A program made the translations under genes and the position numbers. Positions 37,115 through 50,400 of a stretch of 64,000 nt of DNA are shown here, piece by piece. The first letter of the stretch is position 1. Each line of letters begins with the position of its first letter. The notes beneath the pieces are model-generated. The model searched no databases. It had not been told where the DNA came from and saw only the letters and a list, made by a program, of their open reading frames with translations. Source of the DNA: Lama guanicoe (lineage: Eukaryota); assembly GCA_013239625.1 (NCBI GenBank), contig MU053860.1:1-64000 (forward strand), in the 5' to 3' direction.

Positions 37115-37444
37115 AAGTGAGCAGTAGTGTAAGGGATTAAAGTTCTAGGCTGGGATTTGGAGAGGATTCTGACATTTACACCTAAAAAACAACCAGGGGT
37201 GAAGTGGGAAGGTGTTTTAAGGAAGGCCTACCTGGCAGGACTGTTAAGCAGACTGTTTGGAGTGAGGAGAGCATTGGAGTAGAGAAATCAATTAAATCTC
37301 TACCAGAAAAATAAGGAATAAAATGTAACAGGTCTTCAGTGTTAGTGGATGTAGGAATGGAAATGGGCAGAGAGATATAAACATTACTTTGCTACATTAA
37401 TTAGCTACAGGTTTGATGACTACATGTTGGGGAATGTTAGCCAA

Positions 37445-37805
37445 TGTGTGGACTGAATGTTTGCATCCCCTCAAAATCCATATGTCGAAACCCCATCTCC
37501 CAGGGTGATGGTATTGGGAGGCGGGGCCTTTGGGAGGTGATTAGTAAGATAAAATGAGGTCATGAGAGTAGAGCCCTCATGAATTGGATTAGTGCCCTTA
37601 TAAAAGGCCCCAGAGTGCTTGCTTCTCTGTGTTCTCTGGACCATGAATATAGTGGGAAGACAGCCATCTTCAAGCCATGAAGGCAATCCTCTCCCAGATA
37701 CCTTGATCTTGAATGTCTCAGCCTCCAAAACTTGAGGAATATGCTGGTTGTTTAAGCCACCTGACCCATGGTAATTTTTTACAGCATCGCAGACTGACTA
37801 AGACA
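37445..37805 (+). mobile_element. MLT1A/B-like MaLR LTR
   Basis: TGTGTGGACTGAATGTTTGCATCCCCTCAAAATCCATATGTCGAAACC...GGATTAGTGCCCTTATAAAAG...GACTGACTAAGACA. Confidence 0.85.
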
Positions 37806-38819
37806 GTGGAGAATGCCTCTGGGTTTGAAAGATTGCCTGGAGAATGCTGAAACCCAGGGAAGTGGACAGCACAGACGTTAAATCATTAAATCCTGCCAGC
37901 ACAGTAGGAGATAGAGTCTACATATTCCTCACCATTAAAAGGCTAGGAAAAAGAGGCACAAATAAGTAAAATAATAACAACAACAACAATAATAATAATA
38001 AACATTTCACGAAGATTCACACAGAACTCCCCAGAGGCAGAGTGAGAATTTGTACTCAGGCAGGCTGGCCCCGGAGACCCTGCTCATAACTACTAAATAA
38101 AATGGCCTGGCTTATGTGGATCTTTTTTTTTCAACTGTGATATAATGGTACTGTGTCCAGTAACTTATAACTTCAAAATACCTCACCATAAGGGAATCAT
38201 TAGTCACGGGCATTACAAACCACAGAAAGCTAGACATTCAAAAATAACCTGTTAGGGCAAGAAAATCACTAATGTTTCTAAACATGATACGTGCTGAGCC
38301 TTTGCTGTAAAATGTTTATTTATAATTCTGCCTGGCTACAGAATAACTTCATAATACTGCATGTGGCTGGTGGATCACATCTTGGACAGCAAGGGGCTAG
38401 AGAACTTAAATGACTTGCCAAGCCTCACCCAGGAAGCTCATGGTGGAAACAGATCTACAATCTGGGACTTTTCCTTCTTATCCAGCAAGTCCTTCATGGA
38501 GGCTTAGAAGCTTCTCCTTTGGTGCCCAGCTGTCTATCCATGCTTATGACATCTTGTCATGAGTCCCAGCCTGCTCCTGAACATCAGCCAGTACACACTT
38601 CTGGTCTTTTCTGACCATGTAATATCTCTTAGCAATTTTGGTGACATCAGTTCTTATCTGGAAGGGTAGTTGCTAGAGATGTAAATGTGTCCACAAGAGC
38701 AGACTGACAGATTTTTCATAAACATAGTAGGAGTGGTCAAGGAAAGAAAAAGTCAGGAAGAAAGACCAGCAGAAGCAAGTCATTTAATATACCAAATGAA
38801 TATTTTCAATGTTTGGTTG

Positions 38820-39347
38820 TGTTACTGAGTCCAAACTCATTCTGCTCATTGCAGGACAGGTCAATAAATTGGAAGACCACGTTTTGTGGCAAGAAATAGC
38901 GTCTTTAATTGGATAGCCAGCTGACTAAGGAGATGGCATAGTAATTGTCCTGGAGAACCATCTTCCCCAGTCACAATTCAGGCTCCTTTTATATTAAAAA
39001 TGGGAAGGGGGTGTGCTTGGTTGTTGCAAATATCTTGGTGTAGGAATCCTTTGTTATTAGAATCCTTTGTTGTTGCAGCTGTCCACCTGGGTCAGATCCA
39101 TGTAAACCTCCAAAAAAACCAATGTTATTTTCTGTTCTGCAACATGTTATCTTTATAAGAATGGAAAAATGTTAATATCCTTAAAGGTCAAAGCCTTGAG
39201 AATAGGTTCTCCTGTGTATTTCAGGCTCTAGGCAACATTGTTTTATAAAAGGTGCAGAATCAACAAGACTAAGCCTCAGAAACAGCACAGGGTTAAAGTC
39301 AAAGAAAAAGATGTAATATGGAGTCAGATTTGTTCTTTCCTATTACA
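38820..39347 (-). mobile_element. ERV1-class solo LTR, copy A
   Basis: TG...CA termini. Reverse-complement homologue of 39998-40491. Confidence 0.8.
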
Positions 39348-39997
39348 ATAGTGCCATGGAGAAACCACTTTGGAGAGCTTTTTGTTGGGCCCTGGAGGCT
39401 TTCTCTCTCTGCCTCCGGGCATCTCTGTTGAAAACCCTTCCTAGGTGTCTGGCCTGCTGGAAACCCATTCCACCTGGTTTGCCCTGAAGATGTGTTCTCT
39501 TTATAACTCATTTATACTCCTAGGAAAACAGCTCAATAAAATCTCAATTGGTTTTCCACCAGCTCCCCTGGGCAGGGGTCAGTGATAAAGTATGTTATTA
39601 TAAAAAATATACATAATAAATGAAGTCATAAAACAGCACTGGGCACATAGGAGAGAGTCAATAAATGCTTCCTGGCTTAAAGCAAAAGTGACGGCTCAGT
39701 TTTCCATGGCTGCTGTACTTGCTGAGCTAGTTATTCCTTCCCTCCATTGCACTTTTTTTAACTGAAAAAGAAACCCATGCATATGGTAAAAAAAATTCAA
39801 ACAGCACAAAAATACACAAGGGAAAGGTTTCCCTCATCCTTTGTTCTCTCAGCCTTCCCTGGAGATGCCACTGTTTACAATCTTCTGTGAGATTTCCAAA
39901 TATTTTATGCACATTTCAACCTATGTATGTAAATTCCTGTAAAGTTTTACTTATTTTTAACCTAAAAGGATTTAAATCCTCAAGTGGCTTCTGCCTC

Positions 39998-40491
39998 GAT
40001 AATAGCAAAGAACAAATCAGACTCTGTATTAGATCTGTTCCTTTGACTTTAACCCTGTGCTCTGTTTCCTAGGCTTAGTCTTGCTGGTTCTGCACCTTCT
40101 GTAAAGCAATGTTGCCTAGAGCCTGAAATAGACAAGAGAGCCTATTCTGAAGGCTCTGACCTTTAAGAATATTAACATTTTCCCATTCATATAAAGATAA
40201 CAAGTTGCAGAATAGAAAATAACATTTGTTTTGTTGGAGGTTTACATGGATCTGACCCAGGTGGATAGCTGCAAGAACAAAGAATTCTAACAACAAAAAA
40301 TTCGTACACCAAGAAGTTTGCAACAACCAAGCAAGTAGGAAAGGATCCTGAATTCTGACTTGGGGAGATGGTTTTCCAGGACAAATTAGTTTGTAGGTCT
40401 ACAGAAACTTGCTATTCCATGCCCCAACACCTGGTCTCCTGATTTATTGACCTGTCCTGCATTGAGGAGAATGAGTTTGGACTCGAGAACA
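39998..40491 (+). mobile_element. ERV1-class solo LTR, copy B, inverted relative to copy A
   Basis: Shares TTTGACTTTAACCCTGTGCT, AATGTTGCCTAGAGCCTGAAATA, GGAGGTTTACATGGATCTGACCCAGGTGGA and GAATGAGTTTGGACTC with copy A in the opposite orientation. It has internal deletions. Confidence 0.8.
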
Positions 40492-40994
40492 CTCCTATCT
40501 ACATAGCAAGCTAGGCACTGGAACTGAGGACAGCTCTCCCACACTCGGGGACCTACTGTGAGCCCTTTATTGTTCCACTAAGGTGGAAAGTGGTTTACCC
40601 AGAAGAGATGGGGACTATGCACCGACACTCGGGCAGCCTGCTCTGTTTGGGTCTCTGAGCTTGTACCTCCCACTCCCTGCCAGCCCAACACCTGGGACAG
40701 TGCAGCTAAGGCAAAGATCATGCCTGCCTCAGTTTCCCAGCCTGTAAAAGGGGAGTTCATACTCTTCCCAAGGTAGTTCTAGGCGACAACACCTGTGGGC
40801 GTTTGGTTCCGGGAGCAACAGGAAACCCAGCTCCTCTTGGGGGCAACAGGTGTGATCCCTGTAGGGGTTCTGCAGGGCCTTTGCTGGAGGGCTTGAACAG
40901 GGAGGTGAAATTTGAGCTTCTGGCCTTGAGGGGATAGAGAAGGGCATGGAGGCAGGACTGGTGCTTCCTTCAGGGTGCCCTTGAAGGTAAAGCT

Positions 40995-41150
40995 TTTTCT
41001 CTTCATCTCTTCTACTCCCCTCCCCCTTCTCCCTCTAGATCTCTCGCTTCTCCTTGCTCCTCTTCTGTCCATCTCTCCCCCTCCACTTTTTGCTTCCTCT
41101 CCTACTCCTCCCATCTTCTCCCCCTCCCATCTTCTCCATCCCTCTATTCC
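40995..41150. repeat. CT-rich polypyrimidine tract
   Basis: Predominantly C/T for ~150 bp. Confidence 0.8.
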
Positions 41151-41900
41151 CCAGTGTATCTCGCAGAGCCCAGAGCCCAGAGCAGATCGCTGGCCCTCCC
41201 GCGCATGCCCACGGTTAGATGCCAGATGGACCACGGGTCTGAAGCTCCAGTTCCGAGCCAGGAATCAGCCCTAGTGGCTGCTTAGCTCTGTCGCCCGGTA
41301 GGCCTTTGGCTCCTGCCCCGGGTCAAGGCCTCCAGCTGTGTAAGTGGAAGGTTGGGGGCTCTGGGGAATTGGGTCCGGGTGTCACGGCCTGCGAGGGCTT
41401 GAGTCAGCGAGTGTCTAGCTGAGGGGCTCTCGCCAGCCCCCTCTGCATGTGCCACCTGCCCTGGCACCCAGGCCACACCTGTCCAGGGCTGGGTACTCAC
41501 CTGCCAGGGACATGGCCACCCCAGTCCATACCACGGCCCGCACCTGTCACCTCTCGCCCCAGCCAGGCTCCCCTCAGTCTGTGGCTGGTGCCCCCTTCCG
41601 CTCTCCCACCATGAGTCCCCTCCTCCCAGGCTTCCTCTCCTCGACTGCAGACCCCATCCCGCCCCTGGGCCTGTTGTGCCCCAGGCCGGTGGGATCTACG
41701 GAGCCGGGCAGGGGTGGGGACAGTGGCTGGGACTGGCCTCCAAGCGGGGCTGCAGCCCGTGCCCCCCACCACTTTCCCTGCCCCGCCACCCCTAGACTGC
41801 ACTCCTCTCCCTTTCCCTGTCCCCGAGGTCCAGCTCAGTGGCATGGATGCTGTTCCCTGGGGCTGAGATCCTCTGGCTGTAAAGCCCAGCTTCTCCTGGC
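41150..41900. promoter_or_regulatory. GC-rich region, probably a decayed CpG island or first exon
   Basis: High GC with residual CpG. Minus-strand GCCATGTCCCTGGCAG|GTGAGT gives a Kozak-like ATG and a donor at ~41495-41515. Confidence 0.35.
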
Positions 41901-42118
41901 AGAGACTTGGGAAAGAGATCGCCAATGCTGAGCATGCTTCTTTCTCCTCCCTCAGTGTTTCTGCCCCAGGTAAATACCCTTAATACTTTTTCTGTTATTA
42001 GGATGGTGGTGCTTGTTGATGTCACGTGTTTTTACAGTGAGCATGATCACAGTATTGAAAGCAGGGCTTGGTTCACTTAAAAATGAGCTGAGGAGTAGGG
42101 GCAGGGCTATACTTAATA

Positions 42119-42410
42119 TGTTTGAGTTCTTCTGCAGGAGCTAAGGCCCCCACCCAGGTGGAGGATGGTAACTTCATGCTGAGCACAAGATTCCTGGAAC
42201 ACGGCCCTATTACCTACCACCAACTAGTCAGAAGAAAGTCACACACCTGGGAGCCCCCAAGCCTCATTTTGCCTATTAAAAACTTTACCCTAATAAAAAA
42301 AAGAAAATAATTCACCTCAAATACCATCAGAGAGTTCAGGGGTTTTGAGCACGAGCCACTCTTCTCCTTGTTTGGCCCTGCAGTAAAAACTATCTCTACT
42401 CCAAAAACAA
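42119..42410 (+). mobile_element. ERV1-class LTR fragment
   Basis: GAGTTCAGGGGTTTTGAGCACGAGCC...CTCCTTGTTTGGCCCTGCAGTAAAA, an R/polyA-like segment. Confidence 0.55.
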
Positions 42411-43299
42411 AAACAAAAAAAGAGATGAGGGCATGAGGCTGTGATATTCTCCATCCTCCCCTCTCCCAGGATGAAACATGTGACAGTCGATTTTAAAAAG
42501 ATATAGTCCTTAACGAGTCCAGCCCAACTAGTGTGTGTTAACAGGAGCAGCACCATCAGAGGCATTTTGGAGACCCAGGAACATTGTAGTCCTAAAGATC
42601 TCCTGGCAAATTTTTGTTTTGTTTTGTTTTTTTTGTTTTTCTTAAATTGTGGGGCAGACTAGTAATATAGAGGGAAAAATAGTGGTCCAGAAATATTTTT
42701 TCATAGAACAGCTTTATCGTGATATTTTTCACACACTGTGAAGTCCACTCATTTAAATGGTACAATTCAGCGGCTTTTAGTATATACACAGTGGTGCAAC
42801 CATTATTATTCCAGAACGTTTTCATCACTTCAGAAAGAACAGTGGAAATGAATGATCTATCCACCCCTCCCCAGTGGTGGTTCTAAAGAAGTTTCCTGGC
42901 TGTTTCTGACCCTAAATTAACTTGTTACATTCCATAAAAAATGGTAGGAATTCTAATCAGAATTGCATTGAATCTATATGTCAGAACAGGAAGAATTAAT
43001 ATCTTTGTGGCATACACTTTTTCTACCCATGAATGTATCTGGGAACCTATCTTTTCATCTGTCCAGAGCCTGGCCTATGGAAAGTCTTCACTAATTTGTT
43101 GGGTCTGTGAATAATGAGATTATATATATCGTTGGTTGCAACTGTAGCTTTTCACCAAAAAAAAAGTAACCTCAGTGAAGCCAATTGACTCCCTGATGGT
43201 CAGAAAGAGTGACAGCCATTGCTGGGGTGATCAAGTGGACTTGGTGCTTGCAACCAGTGTTCTCCATCACCTAAAGCAAAGGGGATTACAGTGTTCTTT

Positions 43300-43590
43300 T
43301 ACTTATTTATTTATTTTTAAAATTCTTATTTTTTATTAAAGTGTAATCAGTTTAGAATGTTAGTTTCAGGTGTACAGCAGTGATTCAATTATATATATGT
43401 ATATGTACATGTATTTTTTCAGATTGTTTTCTGTACAACTCATACAAGAAATTGAATATAGTTCCCTGTGCTATACAGTAGGTCCTTGTCATTTATTTTA
43501 TATATAGTAATGTGTATCTGATCATACTAAACTCCTAAACTGTCCCTCCCCCTTTCCCACTTGCTAACCACTGTTTGCTATATCCATGAG
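43300..43590 (-). mobile_element. L1 3' end fragment
   Basis: TTAGTTTCAGGTGTACAGCAGTGATTCA...TTGAATATAGTTCCCTGTGCTATACAGTAGGTCCTTG. Confidence 0.85.
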
Positions 43591-45804
43591 TATTTCTAGC
43601 AACATCCTTTTTGCCAGTAATATATGCTGTTTAGCTGCCTTCATTTTCAGTAATTCCATCTTATCTGTGGGCATTTTTCTTCTGGTGGGCCTGCATGTGG
43701 TTTGCACACGTGTTCATAGAGATCTGTATTTGGGAGAACTCCAGGCCTCGTGTAGTGCCTGGCACGGAGCTCCCACTGAGCTTATGCTTGAACTGGGAAA
43801 AACCATATAAAAGTTGGAATTTCCACTTTGGTTGAGACTTCCAGGTTTCTATAAGCTGTTTAGCCCACCTTAATGTTGGCAGCTCCCATACTGGATAATT
43901 TGGTGGGACTGCATGGTATGACAGTGTAGAGAGAGGGCTTGTATACTTCTTCTCTTTCCTTTTTCTAACACTTATTCTCCTGGGCCTCCCACATCCTTCC
44001 CCAGCAGTGCCCAGGGCTGGTTGGTGCTGCGCTGAGGCAAGATTTGTAAATAAGGCCCTTTCCTCATCTCTTCTGAGCCTCCGTTTCCTTCTCTGCACAA
44101 TGAGGGCTTAGACTAGATAAGTGCTTTTTGGTTTCTTTTAAACCTATGTCTCCTTTTGAGAAACAGAGAACTCAAATCTCTGCTCCAACCCTAATTCTTC
44201 AGCTTTTGATACATCCTCCAAGGTGTGACACAGCTGTTTGTGGAAAGTTAATGTGACTGGTTCATTCCAGGTAGCATAGAAAAGACTTAAGAGATTTATT
44301 GCAGGGAGGGGACAGGAGGGCAGTATGTCACACTTTCTAGTGTGAGAACTGGAGCAGGGGCTTGGATTTAAATACAGCCTCTGATGTGGCAGCTTTCTAA
44401 TCTTGCACAATGTGATAAACCTCTCTTTTCCTCTGGTTCTTCATGTGTTAAGTTGGAGTGATATTATTTTAGGTTTTCATGAAACAACATACACATAAGC
44501 CATTTGTGTCTCAGTAGAAACCTGACCTATTAGAGAATCAGGGGTTTCTTTAAAAAAAAAATCTTGTCAATAGCACTCTGTCTATGTGTAATTTGAATTT
44601 CCTGGAGTGTGTTGGTTAAGACTAAATTCCATCATGGGACAGGTTGCCCCTGGGTCTGGGGGCCCCAGTTTCCTCCTCCTCCCCAGTCCTCTTCCTCTCA
44701 GTCAAGGATGAAGTTCCTGCCATTAGAATTACACAGACTTCTTGTGGATATGGCTTTTAATTTTATTGTTTCACTGGGGAGGACTGCTCTCATGGTTTCC
44801 GTGGTCAGGTTTTGGTGACCTGAAGGCTATGCAATTGGGTATTCCTATTTAAGTATAAGAAAAGAAAGTTACAAATACAAAATTAGACCTAGGGTGGAGG
44901 CAGGAGCTCTTGGAAGTGGGAACCATTAGCTTTGTTAGCTTCAGGTGCAGTGGCCTCTGGTCATGAGGACCCATCCTTGTGCTCTGGAGTTGGAAGGACC
45001 AGTGGGCTCAGTGGGAAAGTTTACTATGTATCTCATGGGCTGTGCATTGTCCTATTTGTACTGTGTGTTCCTTATTTAAGACAGTGAGCTCATTTAATCT
45101 CAATAGCCTCTTTAAAAATTAGACTTTTTATTTTAAGATGTAATGAAGATTCCCATGCAGTTGTAAGAGCTGATACGGAGACAATCTATGTACTCTTTGC
45201 CCAATTTTCCTAATGGTTCCATCTTGCAAGTTTGGGGTACAATTCATTATTGACTCACTAACCCTTTGGGGTTTGTGTTATTACCCTCATTTCTATTCGT
45301 GATTAAACTGGGGTTTAGAGAAGCACACAGGCCTTCCCAGGTCACCCACATGGTTAATGTAGTCAGGCGGGACATGGGCTTGGGATTTCCAGACAGTACC
45401 ATTATGATTGTGGCAGGGAGCAGCATTCACTTGCTTGTTTATTCATTCATTCAACAAACATTTATTGGTACTCTCTGTGGATCAGATGCTTTCATACGGT
45501 TATCTAATTCTTCAGCAGTACTGAGAGTCAATTAATGTTTTCTTTTTTCATCTGTGGAAATTAACTCTCAGAGGTCATAAAACCTCCCAAAGGAAATACA
45601 GCTCATAAAGGAGGGATTAGTAAACTTGTACAGTCCCCCCTTTTTATGCAGGTGGTAACCTAGGCATTTTGCATTTGCAAACTGCCTTGATCTAGATATA
45701 TTCTTTTAAGACAAGGTTTGTTTTTTGTTTCACTTTTTTTTTTGTTTTGTTTTGTTTTTAATTGAGGTATAGTCAAGTTTACAATGTTGTGTTAATTGCA
45801 ATGT

Positions 45805-45950
45805 TTTTTCTTTTTAATTTTTAATTAATTTTTATGGGGTAAATAAGTTTATTTTTTGTTTCATTTTTTTATTGGAGATACTTGGGATTGAACTGACGAC
45901 CTCGTGCATGCTAAGTATGTGCTCTACCACTGAACTGTACCCTCCTCCCC
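45805..45950 (-). mobile_element. Vic-1-like SINE
   Basis: GGGATTGAAC...ACCTCGTGCATGCTAAGTATGTGCTCTACCACTGAACTGTACCC, with a T-rich tail. Confidence 0.8.
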
Positions 45951-46366
45951 AGGGCGAGTTTTCTTATCCATTATTTTGCAGCGTAGTAGTTCAAGTAAAT
46001 TGGAGTTGAAATCCAGATCTTTCGATCCCACTGTGGTTCTTTTCATTATATTCTGCTGAGGGGTGGGGAAGCAGTTCCTTTGTTCATTCATTTATTCAAC
46101 ATTTTTGAGCATCAGGGCCTGGCTAGATGTTGGAAACAGAAAACAAGAAATGACCCTTTTCTGCAGGGGCTGGAAGCCTAGACCAAGAGCAGGATAATGT
46201 GATCCTAGCTATGGTAGCTATGTGCAGACTCTGAGGACAGACTGTACCCCCAGGTTTGCTTGGGCTTCCCTTGCCTTCTGGTTGGTACACACAGGTCATC
46301 ACATCCCAGAGGGGCCTGCAGCCCACAGCACAGTGTGTACCTCAGTCTCCTCTCCCCTCTTGGCAG

Positions 46367-46935
46367 GGCCTGCGACATGAGCATTGCTGACTATGTGCAG
46401 TGTGCTGAGGACCACCAGACTCTCCCCATGGTGGTCCATCACATGGGGATTATCTTGGAAGAGAATCTCTTGTGCATCTCTAAACAGATAACCTCAGTGA
46501 GCCAGGTCAGGCTGTGAGGCTTCAAGCAGTCATTCTGTATCTGCTACAGGTACCACTACCCACACAAGAATGAGTAGGGAGTCTTCCAGACCCACTGAAG
46601 GGTCATGGGCCTCATCACCATCACTGACTGCTTGGCCAAGGACTGGCTGCAGGTCGAGGAGCTCCCTGTGCAGAAGAGCTGTGTGGCAACACGCAGGACA
46701 ATTTGTGGCTCTTCATCTTTGTGCTGAAGGGCGAGCTCGCTGAGCAGCTGCACACTGATGTGGCCTTTTACTCCAGCTACGAGGACTGTGGGACAGTGGA
46801 CTTCATTGAGTCGCTCTTCATCGCGTTTGAGTCCGAGCACCTGGACAGGGCCACCAACAATTTTGGGGACAAGATCCCCCTCCTCTGCATCCCATTTTAG
46901 AAGAAGGACTTGGTGGGACTGGACATAGACAGCAG
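46367..46935 (+). pseudogene. TRAPPC9: TRAPPC9 (NIBP) first coding exon, unprocessed pseudogene copy
   Basis: ATG at 46377. Reads [16 protein letters not shown]...EENL...SVSQVRL*...YRYHYP...FQTH*...GLITITDC...[74 protein letters not shown]. Human as recalled: [16 protein letters not shown]...[22 protein letters not shown]. Acceptor ttggcag (10 nt before the ATG) and donor gtaagc are intact. Several stops and frameshifts, and EKRIE is deleted. Confidence 0.96.
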
Positions 46936-47171
46936 GTAAGCCTACGTGGAGTCCCAGCCGCCCTGGCTGTGTGCCTGGGTTGCTTTCCTACATCCAGAAA
47001 GGGATCAGCAAGAAGGAGAGCTGTCTTGCAGCCAAGGGGGCAGGGAGATGCAGCCTGACGGTTTTCAAAGTTTTAAAAATGAATTCATCTTAAGTTCAGA
47101 GAGATCCATTTAGGGTTAGTTTGGATACTTACTCCCCCTTTCCAACCAAGACCCCTGGTGGGACCCCTGGA

Positions 47172-47480
47172 GTTGCTGTCCAATAGGGTAGCCACAGCCA
47201 AAGAGGCTGGGAGTGCTGGGGAGGAGGCTGGCCTAAGCTGAGATGTGTAGAAGGTCAAATGGACATCAGGCACTGAGACTTGTCTAGAAAAAAGAACGTA
47301 AACTATCTGATAATTTCTATACTTATTACAAGTCAAAATGATAGTATAATACACATTACATTAAATTAGATCTGTTCTTAGAATCACTTTAAAGTATTTG
47401 TTTTTCTACTTTTTTAAATATGGCAACTGGAAAACTTTCTTTGTGTGACTCTCATTGCATTCCCATTGTCCTGGGACAGT
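47172..47480. mobile_element. MER33/MER3-like hAT-Charlie element
   Basis: GCTGTCCAATAGGGTAGCCAC...AAAAAAGAACGTAAACTATCT...TTTTTTAAATATGGCAACTGGAAAA...GGACAG. Confidence 0.7.
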
Positions 47481-50400
47481 CTCGTCCATTTGATGTATAG
47501 GTGAGGGGCTGAATCCCAAGACACAGCAGATCTAAGCACTAGCTGAGCTGGGGGTGGAACCCGTGTCTCCTGCCTCCCAGGCTGTTCTTCCTGCCCAACA
47601 GCCACCATGCCAGGTTAGGTCATCAGAAACACCGCCAGGGATTTCCGAAGGAGCTCCTTACGCAGGGGAAGGCGTGTGTGGAAAAGAGTATGGAAATGTA
47701 CGCCCTCACTTTGTCCCTGTGATTAGGTCAGTGACCCCACTTCATCCCAGAATTGCAGACGAGCTCTTCTGGGCCATCTGCCCCCCTCTGCCACCCTCTT
47801 CTCTGCTTCCCTGTGTGGCCATCGTGCTGTCCCTCGGGCAGAAGAGGGCAAGATGCCTTTGCTGAGAGGTGGTCCCCCTATGCTGGGGAGAGTGAGGGAA
47901 GCTGTGTTCCCCGGCCTCGGTCCTCGGGCCCTAAGTCTGCTCTCCCAGAGCTGGAAAGCACGCAAGATGGTCTCATTGGTGACGGTTAGTGGTCCTGGCA
48001 CATGCTACCAGGCCCGCTGTAGAGTCGAGGCTCTATAATTCTTCGACTTATCTAAGATCAGACCATACTTTCTGGGTTTTGGTAAGTTAGAGGAGAAGAC
48101 ACCAGAGAACTGACAAAAAGAAAGTCCCAGCCAGCCCTGCAAGTGAAACGCATAGGGGACCCGAGTCCCAACTGCGTGTGGTGCCTGGCGGGCTCTGGAT
48201 GAATTTTCAGTTCCTCCCCAGATATGCGTCTATGGCTTAAGGCAATGGCGAGACATGTTGTGGCCATGATGTGTACTTGTCCTAGCAGGGCTCTGTGATC
48301 TACACACCTAAGTTCCCTTCTGCTCCTTGCAGATGAGGTGTCACGTTTAGGGTCCTGGGTGCTGCTGAGGGCACAGCTGCCAGCACCAGGCCACTACCAG
48401 GCTGGCTCTGTCCACCTCACCTGTCACCTCCTGCTGAGCCCCCAGGCGTTAGGCGAGAGAGGTACATTGGTGATGCACTAAGATGTGGCTGCACATGCGC
48501 ACAGCACTGCAGCGTCAGCAGGGACCACTTTCTCCCCCTGGACAGACTGGTGAGTGTGTGGAGGAAGCCTGGAGCCCTGCTCCAGCCCCCTGGCCAGTGC
48601 CTCCTCTTTTGTCATAGGAGGTACTGGTGACATTTTTGCTCAGCAATTGCTTGGTTCTGAGTCTGCGGACCCACCGGAGATTGACAGCTTGTTTTTGCCT
48701 TTTTAAGTCTGTCCTCGGGATTTGGTGGAGGAGCTAGTTTCAGGAAAGTGTGCTTAGTGCATAGTGATTGACACTGTCACCATTGTTTACCCAGAACCTC
48801 GTCTATCAGGCACAGCTCTGGGCATCAAAATACAGCAGCGCATTAAACCTCCCTGCTGTTGGATCTGTCTGTTCTGGTACCAGAAATGCCCTGCCAGCAT
48901 CTGAACATCAGTGAGATAACACAGCCAGTGAGCTCTAGTCAAACACGTTCTCCTCCCATCACTTTAACTCCACTGTTTTATTCCATAGTCACCCAACCTT
49001 TAAAACAATGATTTGGTGCAGGAGCAGCCTAATTCGCTCCTGCTACTCTTGGTGGCAGTGAGTAAAACTGTCAAGCCTGAAATGCGACCAAGTGTTGTAG
49101 ATCAAAAGCTGTCTAGGCACATGTAGGTGGAGTTTTGGTTTGGGGCGCTGACGACGTTGGGGTCCCCCCGGCAGTGAAGATCCCCTCAGGCCCCTGGCTT
49201 CCCCAGAGCAGGAGGTGAGGGGGGGTCTCACTCTCCCCACGTCTCTGGCTTCATCACATTCACATAAATTCTTATATTCATGCTGTCAAAATTATTTTGG
49301 TTGTTGTGTATTTCTAACTTTTGCTTGTTCCTCTTTTCCTTTTTCTCTCGTACCACCCTGTGAGCAGGCTTTTGGGTCTGAAAAGGTGGGTTGTGCACAC
49401 CCTGCATTGGAAATACCTACATTTCACTTCGTGCTGCCTCCATCGCTTTAAAAAGCAAAACCTTAACAGCTGCCTTGATGCATTTATTACCCTAATCATC
49501 TTATTATTTTCTAATGTTTTGGAATTTTTGCTTTGTTAACACATCACGCACTGGTGTTTGATACCTGTTAAAATCCTTGCTTGGAGGAGCCTGTTTGATC
49601 CTCCTTATACTGGTGACAAATGAGCCAATATTTATTTTGCTTGTTTGTTTTGAGGAAGTGAGATACGACTTGATTTAGGTGGCTTCTGAGGGAAGTTTTT
49701 CATGGGTATTTTCACTTGGAAAGTCAAAGTCTGCAGTACTTTGCTTGATTCTGGCTTTTACTCTCACACGGTTCCTGGCCGTCACTGTGTAATGAACCTG
49801 ACGGCGCTTCCTGGTCAGCGGTCACTGGGGAGGACATGGCCAGCTGGGGAGGGTGAGCAGCCCACAAGGGGCGCTGTTGGAGAAAGCAGTTTTCTTGTGC
49901 TTTTGCCTTCCCCATGTCATTTACTTTACTTTGCCTTCATAAAGGGACAGAAGTGGGTCCAAAATCCATGTCACTCTATTGTTCCCTTTAAGAAGCTGGT
50001 TTCTCTGAGAATCAGGAAAATGTGGCCTTCTGCTAAGTAGCTGGCTCACTTGGATCTGGTGGACACAGGGACCACTAACAGGGACCATAGCTTCCTCTCT
50101 GTTTCAGCCAGTGGGCATTCAGAGCCGGGTCTGTGGTTTGCCTCAGCAGCCATGCAGGCCTCCCTGCACTAGCCTTTACTTTTAACCCATGTTGGCAGTA
50201 AATAGCTGACTCTGTGTCTGTTGCAGCTGACGTCCACCACTGACGGCCGTGTTGTTAGTTTGCAGTATTGAGACTCCAACACCACAGTCAGCCATGAAGG
50301 GAGATGCTTTCACCGACCTAGGATATTGCATTTTCACCCACACCCAGGTTCATCTCACCTGGGGGAAGGGTTTGGCCACCACCGTCATGCTGGCCATGAG

